The position numbers and the translations under genes were made by a program. This document shows, in pieces, positions 1-8,722 of a stretch of DNA of 64,000 bases. This DNA comes from an uncultured bacterium. GTDB lineage: Bacteria; Patescibacteriota; Patescibacteriia; Patescibacteriales; UBA12465. Location: NCBI GenBank assembly GCA_942492765.1, contig OW818634.1, positions 217,159 through 281,158 on the forward strand, read 5' to 3'. Below the pieces are notes generated by a model. It was not told the origin of the DNA. It made no database searches and saw only the letters and a program-made list of their open reading frames with translations. The first letter of the stretch is position 1. Each line of letters starts with the position of its first letter.

Positions 1-1630
1 AGACAAGGTCGACATCGCTGTTCTTGAGGTCATTAAAGGCCTTAGGCAGGTCGTTAAAGTCGAAGAAGCTGATCTTATAGCCCCTTTCTTTCAAAGTTTT
101 CTCGACGTCTAGGCCTATGACCGTCAGATCTTTCTCAACGACCGTCTCCTGCTCTTCGCCGGTCTCTTCATAGAGATTACAGGCGATGCCGATATGGAGA
201 TTGCGCTGGTTAGAGATCGCCATCTTACGGATCTTCTCGATCTTAGAACGGCGCTTCAGGATATCGACATTGATAGCCGAAGCTGAAAACGGCGAGCGGC
301 GCGTCGTCTTGCCGATAGAAGAGGCGGGGTGAAATTTCGCTACTTCATAATAGATAGCCTTCTCCGCTTCATGCAGATTATCTTGAGCATCGAGCGGATT
401 ATGGCCGGAAACCAGAACCCAGCCCAAATATTCATAGCCGTCCGGCGGACAAAGCACAGAATCGCCGATCTTCTTCTCAAATTGGAATTCCTTAACGAAA
501 GGCCGGCGCTTCAGATCCTCATCAATATCCAGGTTGACGATGATGCCGGAATGATCCGAAGAAAAAGTTTCCGCGACTAGATATTCATAAGGGCCGGCCG
601 GAAAATCAAATTTAGGGATATAGATGCCGCAAGCGATCTTGACCATATTCTCTATCAAGTCGACATGCCAGGCAGCCTTGACGCTCGGATAGACTTCATC
701 GCCGCCGAGACGCAGGTTTATCTCTAGAGGAATCGGGCCGGTCGCGGTTGATTTAGCTTCGAAATGGATGCAGCCGTTGAGCACGCCTAATTTTTCCAAA
801 GTCTCGTCGGCCATCGCGATGAGCTCGGCCTGATGCTTAGGTGGCAAGCTGGATGGGGTCATACGCGTCGTCTCGATGAAGAAAGGCTCCTTAGTCTTGC
901 CATTATCGGATAAGGCGCAGAATTTGATCTTGCCGTTCTGAATAAGGATATCGAGATCGACTTCATCGCCATCGATATATTCTTCCGCAAAGACTTCTAA
1001 GCCGTCGGCTAAAGCCGATTCTATCTTCGGCGAGATAGTCTTCTTGATATAATCATAGCTCTCGCGGAATTCCTCTTCATTATTAACTTTTACGACAAAA
1101 GCGCTGGCCGCGCCGTAAGCCGGCTTAACGACTAGCGGAAAGCTCAAGAGCTTCATGGCTTCTTCTAGGTCCTTACTATTCTTCAGAGCCCTGAATTTCA
1201 ACGTCGGCAAATTATTGGCCGCGCAGAATTCACGGAAAGAATACTTGTTCCTGACCTGAGCCACGACTTTATAAGGGATATTGATGAGATGATACTTATC
1301 AGCGATCTTAGCGGTGAGCAGCACGTCGTCTTCCAAAAAGGTCAGGACGCCGTCCATCTTGATAGCCGGATTATTGCTCAGGAACTTATCGAGAGCGCCG
1401 AGCGATTCTCCATAATTAGAAGTATCGGCAGAGATGGAATAATCGACATAGGGCTGGAAGCTATTAGCTTCCTTACTGAGAATGATGATCTTCACCCCCA
1501 GGTTCTTAACCTTCTTGATAAAAAGCTTCTTAGAATGCAGGGGGTCATTCGCGCCAGAAGTATTGACTATCAGAACCGTCTTGCCGACTAAGGGACTACG
1601 GTTGGAATCCGAATTGCCGTTGCCATTCAT
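1..1630 (-). CDS. ATP-grasp domain protein, truncated by the window edge (L-amino-acid-ligase-like ATP-grasp module followed by the start of a second Ddl-like pre-ATP-grasp module)
   Basis: Absent from ORF track because it runs off the window. Hand translation from ATG at 1630-1628: MNGNGNSDSNRSPLVGKTVLIVNTSG...LSFPLVVKPAYGAASAFVVKVNNEEEF...AEEYIDGDEVDLDILIQNGKI...IHFEAKSTATGPIPLEINLRLGGDEV...NLHIGIACNLYEETGEE. Frame stays open to position 1. Confidence 0.75.
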   Translation of the reverse strand, partial: MNGNGNSDSNRSPLVGKTVLIVNTSGANDPLHSKKLFIKKVKNLGVKIIILSKEANSFQPYVDYSISADTSNYGESLGALDKFLSNNPAIKMDGVLTFLEDDVLLTAKIADKYHLINIPYKVVAQVRNKYSFREFCAANNLPTLKFRALKNSKDLEEAMKLLSFPLVVKPAYGAASAFVVKVNNEEEFRESYDYIKKTISPKIESALADGLEVFAEEYIDGDEVDLDILIQNGKIKFCALSDNGKTKEPFFIETTRMTPSSLPPKHQAELIAMADETLEKLGVLNGCIHFEAKSTATGPIPLEINLRLGGDEVYPSVKAAWHVDLIENMVKIACGIYIPKFDFPAGPYEYLVAETFSSDHSGIIVNLDIDEDLKRRPFVKEFQFEKKIGDSVLCPPDGYEYLGWVLVSGHNPLDAQDNLHEAEKAIYYEVAKFHPASSIGKTTRRSPFSASAINVDILKRRSKIEKIRKMAISNQRNLHIGIACNLYEETGEEQETVVEKDLTVIGLDVEKTLKERGYKISFFDFNDLPKAFNDLKNSDVDLV

Positions 1631-1660
1631 AATGGTTTAGTATTTGATGTTATTCGCTTA

Positions 1661-2461
1661 TTATTTGATCTTATAAGTCACTCCGATCTCGATGACCACT
1701 TCGCGGTCTCCGGCCGGGGTCTGCGGTGCCACCGCTCCGCCGCCTCCTAATCCGCCCTTACCGTAATCAGCCGTGCTATACATCGTAACCGGGTTAACCA
1801 TGTTCTCGTACCAGCCCATGATATCTTTCAGATGGACGCCAGCGCTATCAGCTAAAGCCGCGCTCTTCGCCTTCGCGTCAGCAATAGCTTTCACGCGCGC
1901 CTCTTGCTTCAGGTCGTTCATATTAGAAGCGTCGAAAGTCAGATTATTGACTTGATTGGCGCCGGCTTTAGAGGCAGCGGCGATTACCTGGCTCAATTTA
2001 TCCTGATTCTTATCATAGCCGCTGACCTTGATAATCAGCTGCTCATTAGCATTATAGCCGGAAACGGTCGAGATATTATCCTTATAGTCATACTGGGGGT
2101 ATAAGGAATAATTCTGCGTCTGGATATCGGCCGGCGAAACGCCGACAGCGGTAACGGCCGTGATGATATTGGATACTTTGGTATTAAGCTGATTCAAAGC
2201 GTCTTCCGGCTTGGCGACCTTGTCGATCTGGACGCCAAGATTAAGTATGGCTAGGTCTGGAGTATAAGTGACTTTTCCCTGTCCCGTGATAGTCACGGAT
2301 TTGAATTGTTCATTGACGATACGATCCCTTAGGATAGCGACAATGACGATCGCGGCTAACAAGATTATGCCGACGAGCTTCACGAAGCCGCGGCGCTTAT
2401 GGCTATGGCAGCTGCAAGCGCAGCCCTCTTTCTCTTCGCAACAATTCTTTTCATTTTTCAT
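1661..2461 (-). CDS. SIMPL (DUF541) domain membrane-anchored protein with Cys/His-rich N-terminus
   Basis: Track protein has one TM helix, then ITGQGKVTYTPDLAILNLGVQ and a C-terminal VVIEIGVTYKI typical of SIMPL/26-kDa periplasmic immunogenic protein family. Confidence 0.8.
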   Translation of the reverse strand: MKNEKNCCEEKEGCACSCHSHKRRGFVKLVGIILLAAIVIVAILRDRIVNEQFKSVTITGQGKVTYTPDLAILNLGVQIDKVAKPEDALNQLNTKVSNIITAVTAVGVSPADIQTQNYSLYPQYDYKDNISTVSGYNANEQLIIKVSGYDKNQDKLSQVIAAASKAGANQVNNLTFDASNMNDLKQEARVKAIADAKAKSAALADSAGVHLKDIMGWYENMVNPVTMYSTADYGKGGLGGGGAVAPQTPAGDREVVIEIGVTYKIK

Positions 2462-2486
2462 ATAAATTCTTAATTAAATTAATTAC

Positions 2487-2514
2487 TAAGATTTTTAAAT
2501 ATTTAAAAATCTTA
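2487..2514. repeat. 28-bp perfect palindrome TAAGATTTTTAAAT|ATTTAAAAATCTTA between alkylation-repair gene stop and SIMPL gene start
   Basis: All 14 arm positions checked base by base; symmetry breaks at 2486/2515. Confidence 0.9.
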
Positions 2515-2558
2515 TTTTATTATAACACTTCTCTAAAAAACCACAATAAAACCGGCGC

Positions 2559-3272
2559 TTATTTAGCCAAGTAATATTCCCTTTCCCGCGGACTGAGACG
2601 TTCAATAGCATAACGCAAAGCAGTTCGAGGTAGCTGGCGATAATGCTTATCTAAAAAATCAATTAATATCTTCTTATCTATCCGCTTGCCCATCTCTCTG
2701 AGCATCCAGCCGACTGCCTTATGCATCAAGTCATGTTCATCCTTAATGAGCTCCTCGGCAATACGCAAAGTCTTATCAGCCTGCCCCTGCCTGATAAAGG
2801 CATAAGTCGAAACCATGGCCATGCGCCGCTCCCAGAGATTCTGGGATCCGGCTAGGCGCCGCAATATTTTTAAAGCCTCCTTCTCCGCTAAAAGAAAATC
2901 TCCTAAAATCTTGTAGACCGACAGATCGACCAGATCCCAATTATTAACGCGATTGGCGTGAGCCAGATAAAAATCGACAATCTTCTTCTTGTCTGCTCTG
3001 CTTCCCGCCTTTTCATATTTATCCACCAGAATCAATAGGCCGATCAGCCGGAATTCATGGATTTTACTGGCCAGGAGCTTATCGACTCCTTCTAAGGTCA
3101 GATAGGCATATTTACGAGCTAAAAGACGCTGGAGGGGCACTTTCAAGCCTAGAAACAGGTCTCCTGCGCCATACTGACCCGGACCAGTCTTAAAGAAGCG
3201 CCGCAATATCGAAGCTTGCGGTTTATTTTCATGGCTTTTGATTTCCTTAGTCAGTTTTTGCAGATCAGACAT
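2559..3272 (-). CDS. DNA alkylation repair protein (AlkC/AlkD-like HEAT-repeat glycosylase family)
   Basis: FFKTGPGQYGAGDLFLGLKVP, NNWDLVD, GWMLREMGK strings typical of the DNA alkylation repair enzyme family. Confidence 0.8.
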   Translation of the reverse strand: MSDLQKLTKEIKSHENKPQASILRRFFKTGPGQYGAGDLFLGLKVPLQRLLARKYAYLTLEGVDKLLASKIHEFRLIGLLILVDKYEKAGSRADKKKIVDFYLAHANRVNNWDLVDLSVYKILGDFLLAEKEALKILRRLAGSQNLWERRMAMVSTYAFIRQGQADKTLRIAEELIKDEHDLMHKAVGWMLREMGKRIDKKILIDFLDKHYRQLPRTALRYAIERLSPREREYYLAK

Positions 3273-3280
3273 ATCGTTAA

Positions 3281-3751
3281 TTAATAATGATACTCTTTCC
3301 CATTTAAGATAGCGGCCGCGCGATAAAGCTGCTCTATCAGGACGACGCGCGCCAGCTCGTGCGGAAAAGTAAGGGACGATAAAGAAATCTGGGGATAGCG
3401 CTCATATAGTTCATCGGAAAATCCTAAGGCGCCGCCGACAATCAACACTAAAGGAGACTTCTTTTCCAGCCAGCTGGCCATGGCTAAAGAATCAAAAGTC
3501 CGGCCGCGCTCAGCCAAAAGATAAGTCGCCGGCGCTACGGATTCGCGACCCCGCCTTTCCAGATAGTCCATAATCCTTTGTCCCTCTATCTCTTTAGCTT
3601 TTTCTTTCCCGCTTTTAGAAAAAGGCGCGGGCTCAAGCTCGATAACTTTCAGGCGAGAATACGGCTTCAAACGCTTAGCATATTCTGCAAAGGCTTCGCG
3701 CCAAAAAGATTCTTTTATTTTACCGACAGCAACCAGTGTGATGTCTAACAT
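3281..3751 (-). CDS. rlmH: 23S rRNA (pseudouridine1915-N3)-methyltransferase RlmH (SPOUT)
   Basis: 156 aa; VAVGKIK...YAKRL...LVLIVGGALGFS...SLSSLTFPHELARVVLIEQLYRA matches RlmH end to end. Confidence 0.9.
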   Translation of the reverse strand: MLDITLVAVGKIKESFWREAFAEYAKRLKPYSRLKVIELEPAPFSKSGKEKAKEIEGQRIMDYLERRGRESVAPATYLLAERGRTFDSLAMASWLEKKSPLVLIVGGALGFSDELYERYPQISLSSLTFPHELARVVLIEQLYRAAAILNGKEYHY

Positions 3752-3755
3752 AGAT

Positions 3756-3784
3756 TTGACAAAAAGGCTCTATTGTATTAATAT
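3756..3784 (+). promoter_or_regulatory. sigma70-type promoter TTGACA-17-TAATAT
   Basis: TTGACA 3756-3761, 17-nt spacer, TAATAT 3779-3784, directly abutting the ATG at 3785. Confidence 0.6.
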
Positions 3785-4195
3785 ATGAACAAACAAAACA
3801 GCTTAACGATGGAAAAAACAACAACAGAACAAGAACTTAGAAAGTTCCTTCAACATGCCCTAGATTATCTGGAAAACTCTCAAAAGACTGAAGATGACTG
3901 TTATATGACATTATATCATATAAAAGTTATTGCTGAAGCTTTAAAAGAGGGGGATGAGAATCTAGCCACCATCATATCTTCTTGGATGGCTGACAACAAA
4001 GAGAAATTTCATTTCTGTGCTACCGAAGATGATTTCTATCGGACAATCGGACAGATCGAGATGAATACCGGAAGAATCTTAGATACTGAAACTCCCAGCG
4101 GCTCAGGTACGGGCATCAGGCTTGATAAATTCATCCATTATCTGAATGAAACTTATCCCGGCTATCTCGAGAAAGGCCTGAAAAGGAATATCTAA
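3785..4195 (+). CDS. hypothetical acidic helical protein (true start may be Met9 at 3809)
   Basis: ORF track; no recognisable family; own promoter and terminator. Confidence 0.55.
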   Translation: MNKQNSLTMEKTTTEQELRKFLQHALDYLENSQKTEDDCYMTLYHIKVIAEALKEGDENLATIISSWMADNKEKFHFCATEDDFYRTIGQIEMNTGRILDTETPSGSGTGIRLDKFIHYLNETYPGYLEKGLKRNI

Positions 4196-4223
4196 AAAGA
4201 AAATCTGGAAAAATTAACAAAAA

Positions 4224-4247
4224 CCGAAGCGAACGCCTCGGTTTTTT
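4224..4247. terminator. bidirectional intrinsic terminator between convergent genes
   Basis: CCGAAGC-GAAC-GCCTCGG hairpin flanked by an A-run upstream and a T-run downstream. Confidence 0.7.
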
Positions 4248-4281
4248 ATTATAGATACCTAATTATAATTTTCTCAATCAT

Positions 4282-5202
4282 CTACCAACTGCCTGAAGAT
4301 CCGCCGCCGCCAGACATGCCGCCGCCGAAACCTCCGAAGCCGCCACCAGATGAACCGCCAAAACCGTTATGTCCGCCGCCGCCAAAGAACCAAAGATTAT
4401 TCCGGCCCTTCTTGATCGGGCTCGGCTGAGGCAAGACGCGAGACACAAGAAAATCGAATAATAAACCGAAGACGCCGATAACGGCCGGCAGTATTACCAA
4501 AATTAATAGAGTCCTGAAGAAAATAAGAGCGATGATAAGACCAATCGCTCCACCCAGCACTCCTCCCTGCCACCAGCTCTTACTCTTGGCTAAGCCGCGC
4601 CATAAGGCGGAAAGTAGATAAAAGATGGCGATGATAATAAAGAAAATCGCGTTAAAACTCATGTTCTTGGCGAATTTGAAAGCGGTGCCAGTCGAGATAG
4701 GCGCATCAGCGCTGTATTCCCCTTTGGTCGCGGCAATAATATCATCGGTCGCCTGATTAAGACCTCCATAATAATCCTCTTTCTGGAAAGCTGGCTTCAG
4801 CGTCTGATTAACGATCTTGAAAGCAGTCGCGTCCGGCAAGGCGCCTTCCAGCCCGTAGCCGGTCTCGATCCGCATCTGCCGGTCGTTGAGCGCGACGAGC
4901 AGCAAGACACCATTGTCTTTCTTATCTTTGCCTATGCCCCAATCAGCAAACAACTTGACCGCGAAGTTCTCGATCGTATCGCCCTCTAGGCTCTTGATAG
5001 TCACCACCGCGATCTCATTAGAGGTCGTGGCATTGAACTGGCTCAATTTGCCGTTTAAAGCGCTAGCTTCTTCAGGTTTCAAGAGGCCGGCATAATCACT
5101 AACAAAAGAGGCCGGCTTCCCCGGGTTATAATAAGCCCGGGCCGAAAAACCGGCCGCCAAGAATAAAGCTAAGCAAAAAATTACCAAGACTCGGCGCAAC
5201 AT
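4282..5202 (-). CDS. TPM-domain protein (YgcG-like) with TM segments and Gly-rich C-terminal tail
   Basis: Signal/TM, SFVSDYAGLL...VVTIKSLEGDTIENFAVKLFADWGIG TPM-domain pattern, GGGFGGFGGG tail; sits downstream of lemA as usual. Confidence 0.85.
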   Translation of the reverse strand: MLRRVLVIFCLALFLAAGFSARAYYNPGKPASFVSDYAGLLKPEEASALNGKLSQFNATTSNEIAVVTIKSLEGDTIENFAVKLFADWGIGKDKKDNGVLLLVALNDRQMRIETGYGLEGALPDATAFKIVNQTLKPAFQKEDYYGGLNQATDDIIAATKGEYSADAPISTGTAFKFAKNMSFNAIFFIIIAIFYLLSALWRGLAKSKSWWQGGVLGGAIGLIIALIFFRTLLILVILPAVIGVFGLLFDFLVSRVLPQPSPIKKGRNNLWFFGGGGHNGFGGSSGGGFGGFGGGMSGGGGSSGSW

Positions 5203-5229
5203 AAGCGATTAGTTAGCTTGATAATTAAA

Positions 5230-5787
5230 TTATTTATTCAGATCTAAGTTCACCGTCGGAGCGACCGCGGCCGCTTCAGAGACCTCGAAATAATTCTTCT
5301 CGGAAAAACCGAACATGCCAGCAATCATATTGAGCGGAAAACGCTTGATCATGACGTTGAAAGTCTTGACTGCGTCGTTGAAACGCCCGCGCTCGACGCT
5401 AATACGATTTTCCGTGCCTTCTAATTGCGCCATCAGGGTCTGAACTGTTTCCATAGATTTCAATTGCGGATAATTCTCCATGATGACTAATAAGCGGCCT
5501 AAAGCGCTCTCTACTTGAGTAGCCGCTGCAGCCTTATCATTAACGCTAGTCGCGCCGCTATACTTCGTGCGCGCGTCAGCTAAAGCGCCGAAAACGGATT
5601 GCTCCTGAGTCATCGCGCCTTTAACGGTATTAACCAGGTTAGGAATAAGATCGAAGCGTCTCTGATATTGCGCTTCAACTTGGGCCCATTGATTGTCTAC
5701 GCCTTCGTTGGCGGTTACGAGGTTATTATAAGAGCTCCAGAACCAGCCGCCGATGATAACGATGACGGCAATAATGGCGATCCACAC
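5230..5787 (-). CDS. lemA: LemA family protein
   Basis: N-terminal TM, NNLV...QWAQVEAQYQRRFDLIPNLV...YPQLK...RFNDAVKTFN LemA signature; GTG start in track. Confidence 0.9.
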   Translation of the reverse strand: MWIAIIAVIVIIGGWFWSSYNNLVTANEGVDNQWAQVEAQYQRRFDLIPNLVNTVKGAMTQEQSVFGALADARTKYSGATSVNDKAAAATQVESALGRLLVIMENYPQLKSMETVQTLMAQLEGTENRISVERGRFNDAVKTFNVMIKRFPLNMIAGMFGFSEKNYFEVSEAAAVAPTVNLDLNK

Positions 5788-5888
5788 GGTTTTTTTTCAT
5801 ATTTGTTGTTGATTAGTAAATAAAAAGCGTCAAATAACGCTTTTAAAGCTGAAAATATTATAGCACAAAAATCGGGATTTCGCAATTA

Positions 5889-6794
5889 TCAATTCTTCTC
5901 TAACCACTTCGCAAATTCTTCCCCGCTCCTGCTTCCCGGGCGCAAGCGAGTGATGAGCCAACGATTTTCCGGCTTATGATTCGTGCCCGGAATGACAGAC
6001 AAAGCGCCAAGATAACCGGCATGCTTCATGATTTCTAAGATTTGATAATTATAATATCCGTAAGGATAAGCAAAAGTCAGGACTGGCTGACCGATCATCT
6101 TTTCCAGCTCGCCCTTGCTGCCCTTGATCTCGAAGACGGCGTCCGCTTCTTGCTTCAGGCGCAGATCCGGATGATTGAAAGTATGCGAACCGATTTCAAC
6201 AAAGCCGCTCGCGGCCATTTCCTGGAGCTGGGCTTTAGTGATATAGCCCGGCTTATCCAGCGCATTGATAATTACGTAAAAAGTCCCTTTCAGATTATAT
6301 TTCTTGAGCAACGGGAAAGCATTGATATAGAAATCTTCATAGCCGTCGTCAAACGTCAGAGCGATCGTCTTCGTAGTCGAAGCGCCACTCACGATAGCAG
6401 CCGCCATCTGAGACATAAAGACCGTCTGATAGCCGATTTTAGCTATCTCCTGAAGCTGATTTTCGAATATTGCCGGATGAAGATAGAGACCAGGCAGAGT
6501 CGTCGTGGCCGGAGCTGCGGAAATATAATGATACATCAGGATAGGTGCATGAACGAAAGCAACCCGCGACGGCGAGGGCGGAGTTAATATAGAAGACGCC
6601 GCGGCGCTAGAAGAAGCCGAGGCAGTGATTCCGATCAATGCGGATGAAGAGGCTTTAGAAACTATCAGATTAGCGCTATCAAGATTATTAGCGCGCGCGT
6701 AAAAATCCGCCAGCCAAAAAAGTCCGGCGGCGACGGTTAGAAAGATTATTATCTTTAGCGCTAAGAGCTTAGCGCTTGGCTTTGACACGATCAT
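5889..6794 (-). CDS. polysaccharide deacetylase (NodB-homology) family protein
   Basis: LTFDDGYEDFY...GSHTFNHPDL NodB motifs; N-terminal TM anchor. Confidence 0.85.
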   Translation of the reverse strand: MIVSKPSAKLLALKIIIFLTVAAGLFWLADFYARANNLDSANLIVSKASSSALIGITASASSSAAASSILTPPSPSRVAFVHAPILMYHYISAAPATTTLPGLYLHPAIFENQLQEIAKIGYQTVFMSQMAAAIVSGASTTKTIALTFDDGYEDFYINAFPLLKKYNLKGTFYVIINALDKPGYITKAQLQEMAASGFVEIGSHTFNHPDLRLKQEADAVFEIKGSKGELEKMIGQPVLTFAYPYGYYNYQILEIMKHAGYLGALSVIPGTNHKPENRWLITRLRPGSRSGEEFAKWLEKN

Positions 6795-8553
6795 TTTCCG
6801 TTAGATATTGCTTGCGGAGACGGATGCTCTTAGGAGTGATTTCTAAGTATTCGTCTTCATTCATGATGCTTAAAGCGCGTTCTAGGGTAAGTTCCAAAGG
6901 AGGAGTGAGAAGAATAGCTTCATCAGAACCGGAAGCGCGGACGTTAGTCAACTGCTTGCCCTTGATCGGGTTGACATTCATATCGTTACCCTTAGCAACA
7001 TTGCCGATGACCATGCCTTCATAGACTTCGGTGTTCGGAGAAATATAGATACTGCCTCTGTCCTGCAGGTTCCATAGGGAGAAGGCTAACGCCTTGCCGG
7101 TCGCCATGGATACCATGGAACCGAGGCGATTCTTCTCGATTTCGCCGGCATAAGGTTTGAAGCCGGAGAAATGGGTGCACAAAATGCCTTCGCCGCGAGT
7201 ATCGACGACGAATTCATTGCGATAGCCGAGCAAGCCGCGAGTCGGGATCTCAAAGATGAGTCGAGCTTGGCCATTATGATTCTTCATATCTTCCATGCGG
7301 CCTTTGCGCTTGGAAACCTTCTCCATGATGACGCCGGTCTGAGCTTCAGGAATATCAATAGTGACCTCTTCATAAGGCTCCATCTTCACGCCGTTCTCTT
7401 CTCTGATAATGACCTGAGGCTGTGAGACCTGGAGCTCGTAATTCTCACGGCGCAGATTTTCCAATAAAATCGCGATATGTAATTCGCCGCGGCCGAAAAC
7501 CTTATAAGAATTAGTATCGGAAAAATCGATCTTCAAGCCGACGTTAACTTCTAATTCTTTCTCTAGACGTTCCTTGATCTGGCGGTTAGTGACAAATTTC
7601 CCTTCTTTGCCAGCGAACGGAGAATTATTGACTAAGAAGCTTAAGGAGATAGTCGGTTCATCAATCTTGATAGCCGGAAGCGGGGATTGTTCAGATGATT
7701 CAGCAATAGTCTCGCCGATATAGATATCAGGCAGGCCCGCGACCATGACGATGTCGCCCGCGACCGCTTCGGCTACTTCCTGGCGGCCGATACCCTTGAA
7801 AGTGAAGAGCTTGGTCGTCTTGCCCTGGCGGGTTTCGCCGTTAAGATTCTCGACATAGACAGTCTGTCCAGTTCTGATCTTGCCTTCATAGACACGGCAG
7901 ATGGCCAAGCGTCCCAAGAAATTATCATAAGCGAGATTGAAAGGTTGGGCCAAGAGCTGCTTAGATTCCAATACCGGATCAGAAGACGGCTTAACATGCT
8001 CAAGCACTAAGTCTAAGAGCGGATCAAGATTATCAGATTCGTCAGTTAGTTGACGCTTAGCAAAGCCCTGTTTAGAAGCGGCATAGATGACCGGGAAATC
8101 TAATTGTTCATCAGTCGCGCCTAAATCCAAAAATAATTCATAAACCATTTCGGAAACTGCCTCCGGACGAGCGGCTGGCTTATCGATTTTATTGATAACG
8201 ACAATCGGCTTCAAGCCTAACTCTAAAGATTTCTTCAACACGAATTTAGTCTGAGGCATCGGGCCTTCCTGAGCGTCGACGAGCAGCAAGACACAGTCAA
8301 TAGAACGCAGGATGCGCTCAACTTCAGAGCTGAAATCGGCATGGCCTGGAGTATCGACGATATTTATCTTGGTATCACGATAAAAGACCGAAGTATTCTT
8401 CGAATAGATGGTGATTCCCCGCTCTTTTTCGAGGTCATTTGAGTCCATGCTGACGCCGCCGTCGTTCATGCCGGTCTGGCGCATCAAGGCATCGGTTAAA
8501 GTAGTTTTGCCGTGATCGACGTGAGCGATAATGGCGATGTTTCTGATTTCCAT
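6769..8553 (-). CDS. typA: translational GTPase TypA/BipA
   Basis: 594 aa; [31 protein letters not shown]-motifs and BipA-type C-terminus. Confidence 0.95.
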   Translation of the reverse strand: MEIRNIAIIAHVDHGKTTLTDALMRQTGMNDGGVSMDSNDLEKERGITIYSKNTSVFYRDTKINIVDTPGHADFSSEVERILRSIDCVLLLVDAQEGPMPQTKFVLKKSLELGLKPIVVINKIDKPAARPEAVSEMVYELFLDLGATDEQLDFPVIYAASKQGFAKRQLTDESDNLDPLLDLVLEHVKPSSDPVLESKQLLAQPFNLAYDNFLGRLAICRVYEGKIRTGQTVYVENLNGETRQGKTTKLFTFKGIGRQEVAEAVAGDIVMVAGLPDIYIGETIAESSEQSPLPAIKIDEPTISLSFLVNNSPFAGKEGKFVTNRQIKERLEKELEVNVGLKIDFSDTNSYKVFGRGELHIAILLENLRRENYELQVSQPQVIIREENGVKMEPYEEVTIDIPEAQTGVIMEKVSKRKGRMEDMKNHNGQARLIFEIPTRGLLGYRNEFVVDTRGEGILCTHFSGFKPYAGEIEKNRLGSMVSMATGKALAFSLWNLQDRGSIYISPNTEVYEGMVIGNVAKGNDMNVNPIKGKQLTNVRASGSDEAILLTPPLELTLERALSIMNEDEYLEITPKSIRLRKQYLTENDRVKAKR

Positions 8554-8623
8554 ATGATAAGGCTAAGATTAAATAAAATAAAAAAATTACGCACCTGACG
8601 TAATTTAAATTAGGTCTTTTGAG

Positions 8624-8652
8624 ATATTACCTTATTTCTTAATAACAGTCAA
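8624..8652 (-). promoter_or_regulatory. sigma70-type promoter TTGACT-17-TAATAT for typA
   Basis: Reverse complement of 8647-8652 is TTGACT; of 8624-8629 is TAATAT; 17-nt spacer. Confidence 0.6.
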
Positions 8653-8659
8653 GAGCAAT

Positions 8660-8686
8660 AAAAAACCCGTTACGAATAACGGGTTT
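8660..8686 (-). terminator. intrinsic terminator after IMPCH-like gene A
   Basis: AAACCCGTTA-(4-nt loop)-TAACGGGTTT stem, then a U-run on the minus strand. Confidence 0.85.
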
Positions 8687-8722
8687 ATTAAAACCTTAGA
8701 GTTTTTTTAACCTCTATCATGA

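Noticed and set aside
5785-5800. An A8 tract (minus strand) lies between an out-of-frame ATG (5800) and the lemA GTG start (5787). With A7 the gene would start MKKTVWIAII.
   Set aside because: It could be a homopolymer assembly error or a slippage site. However, the GTG start already yields an intact LemA with its TM helix. One sequence alone cannot distinguish the alternatives.
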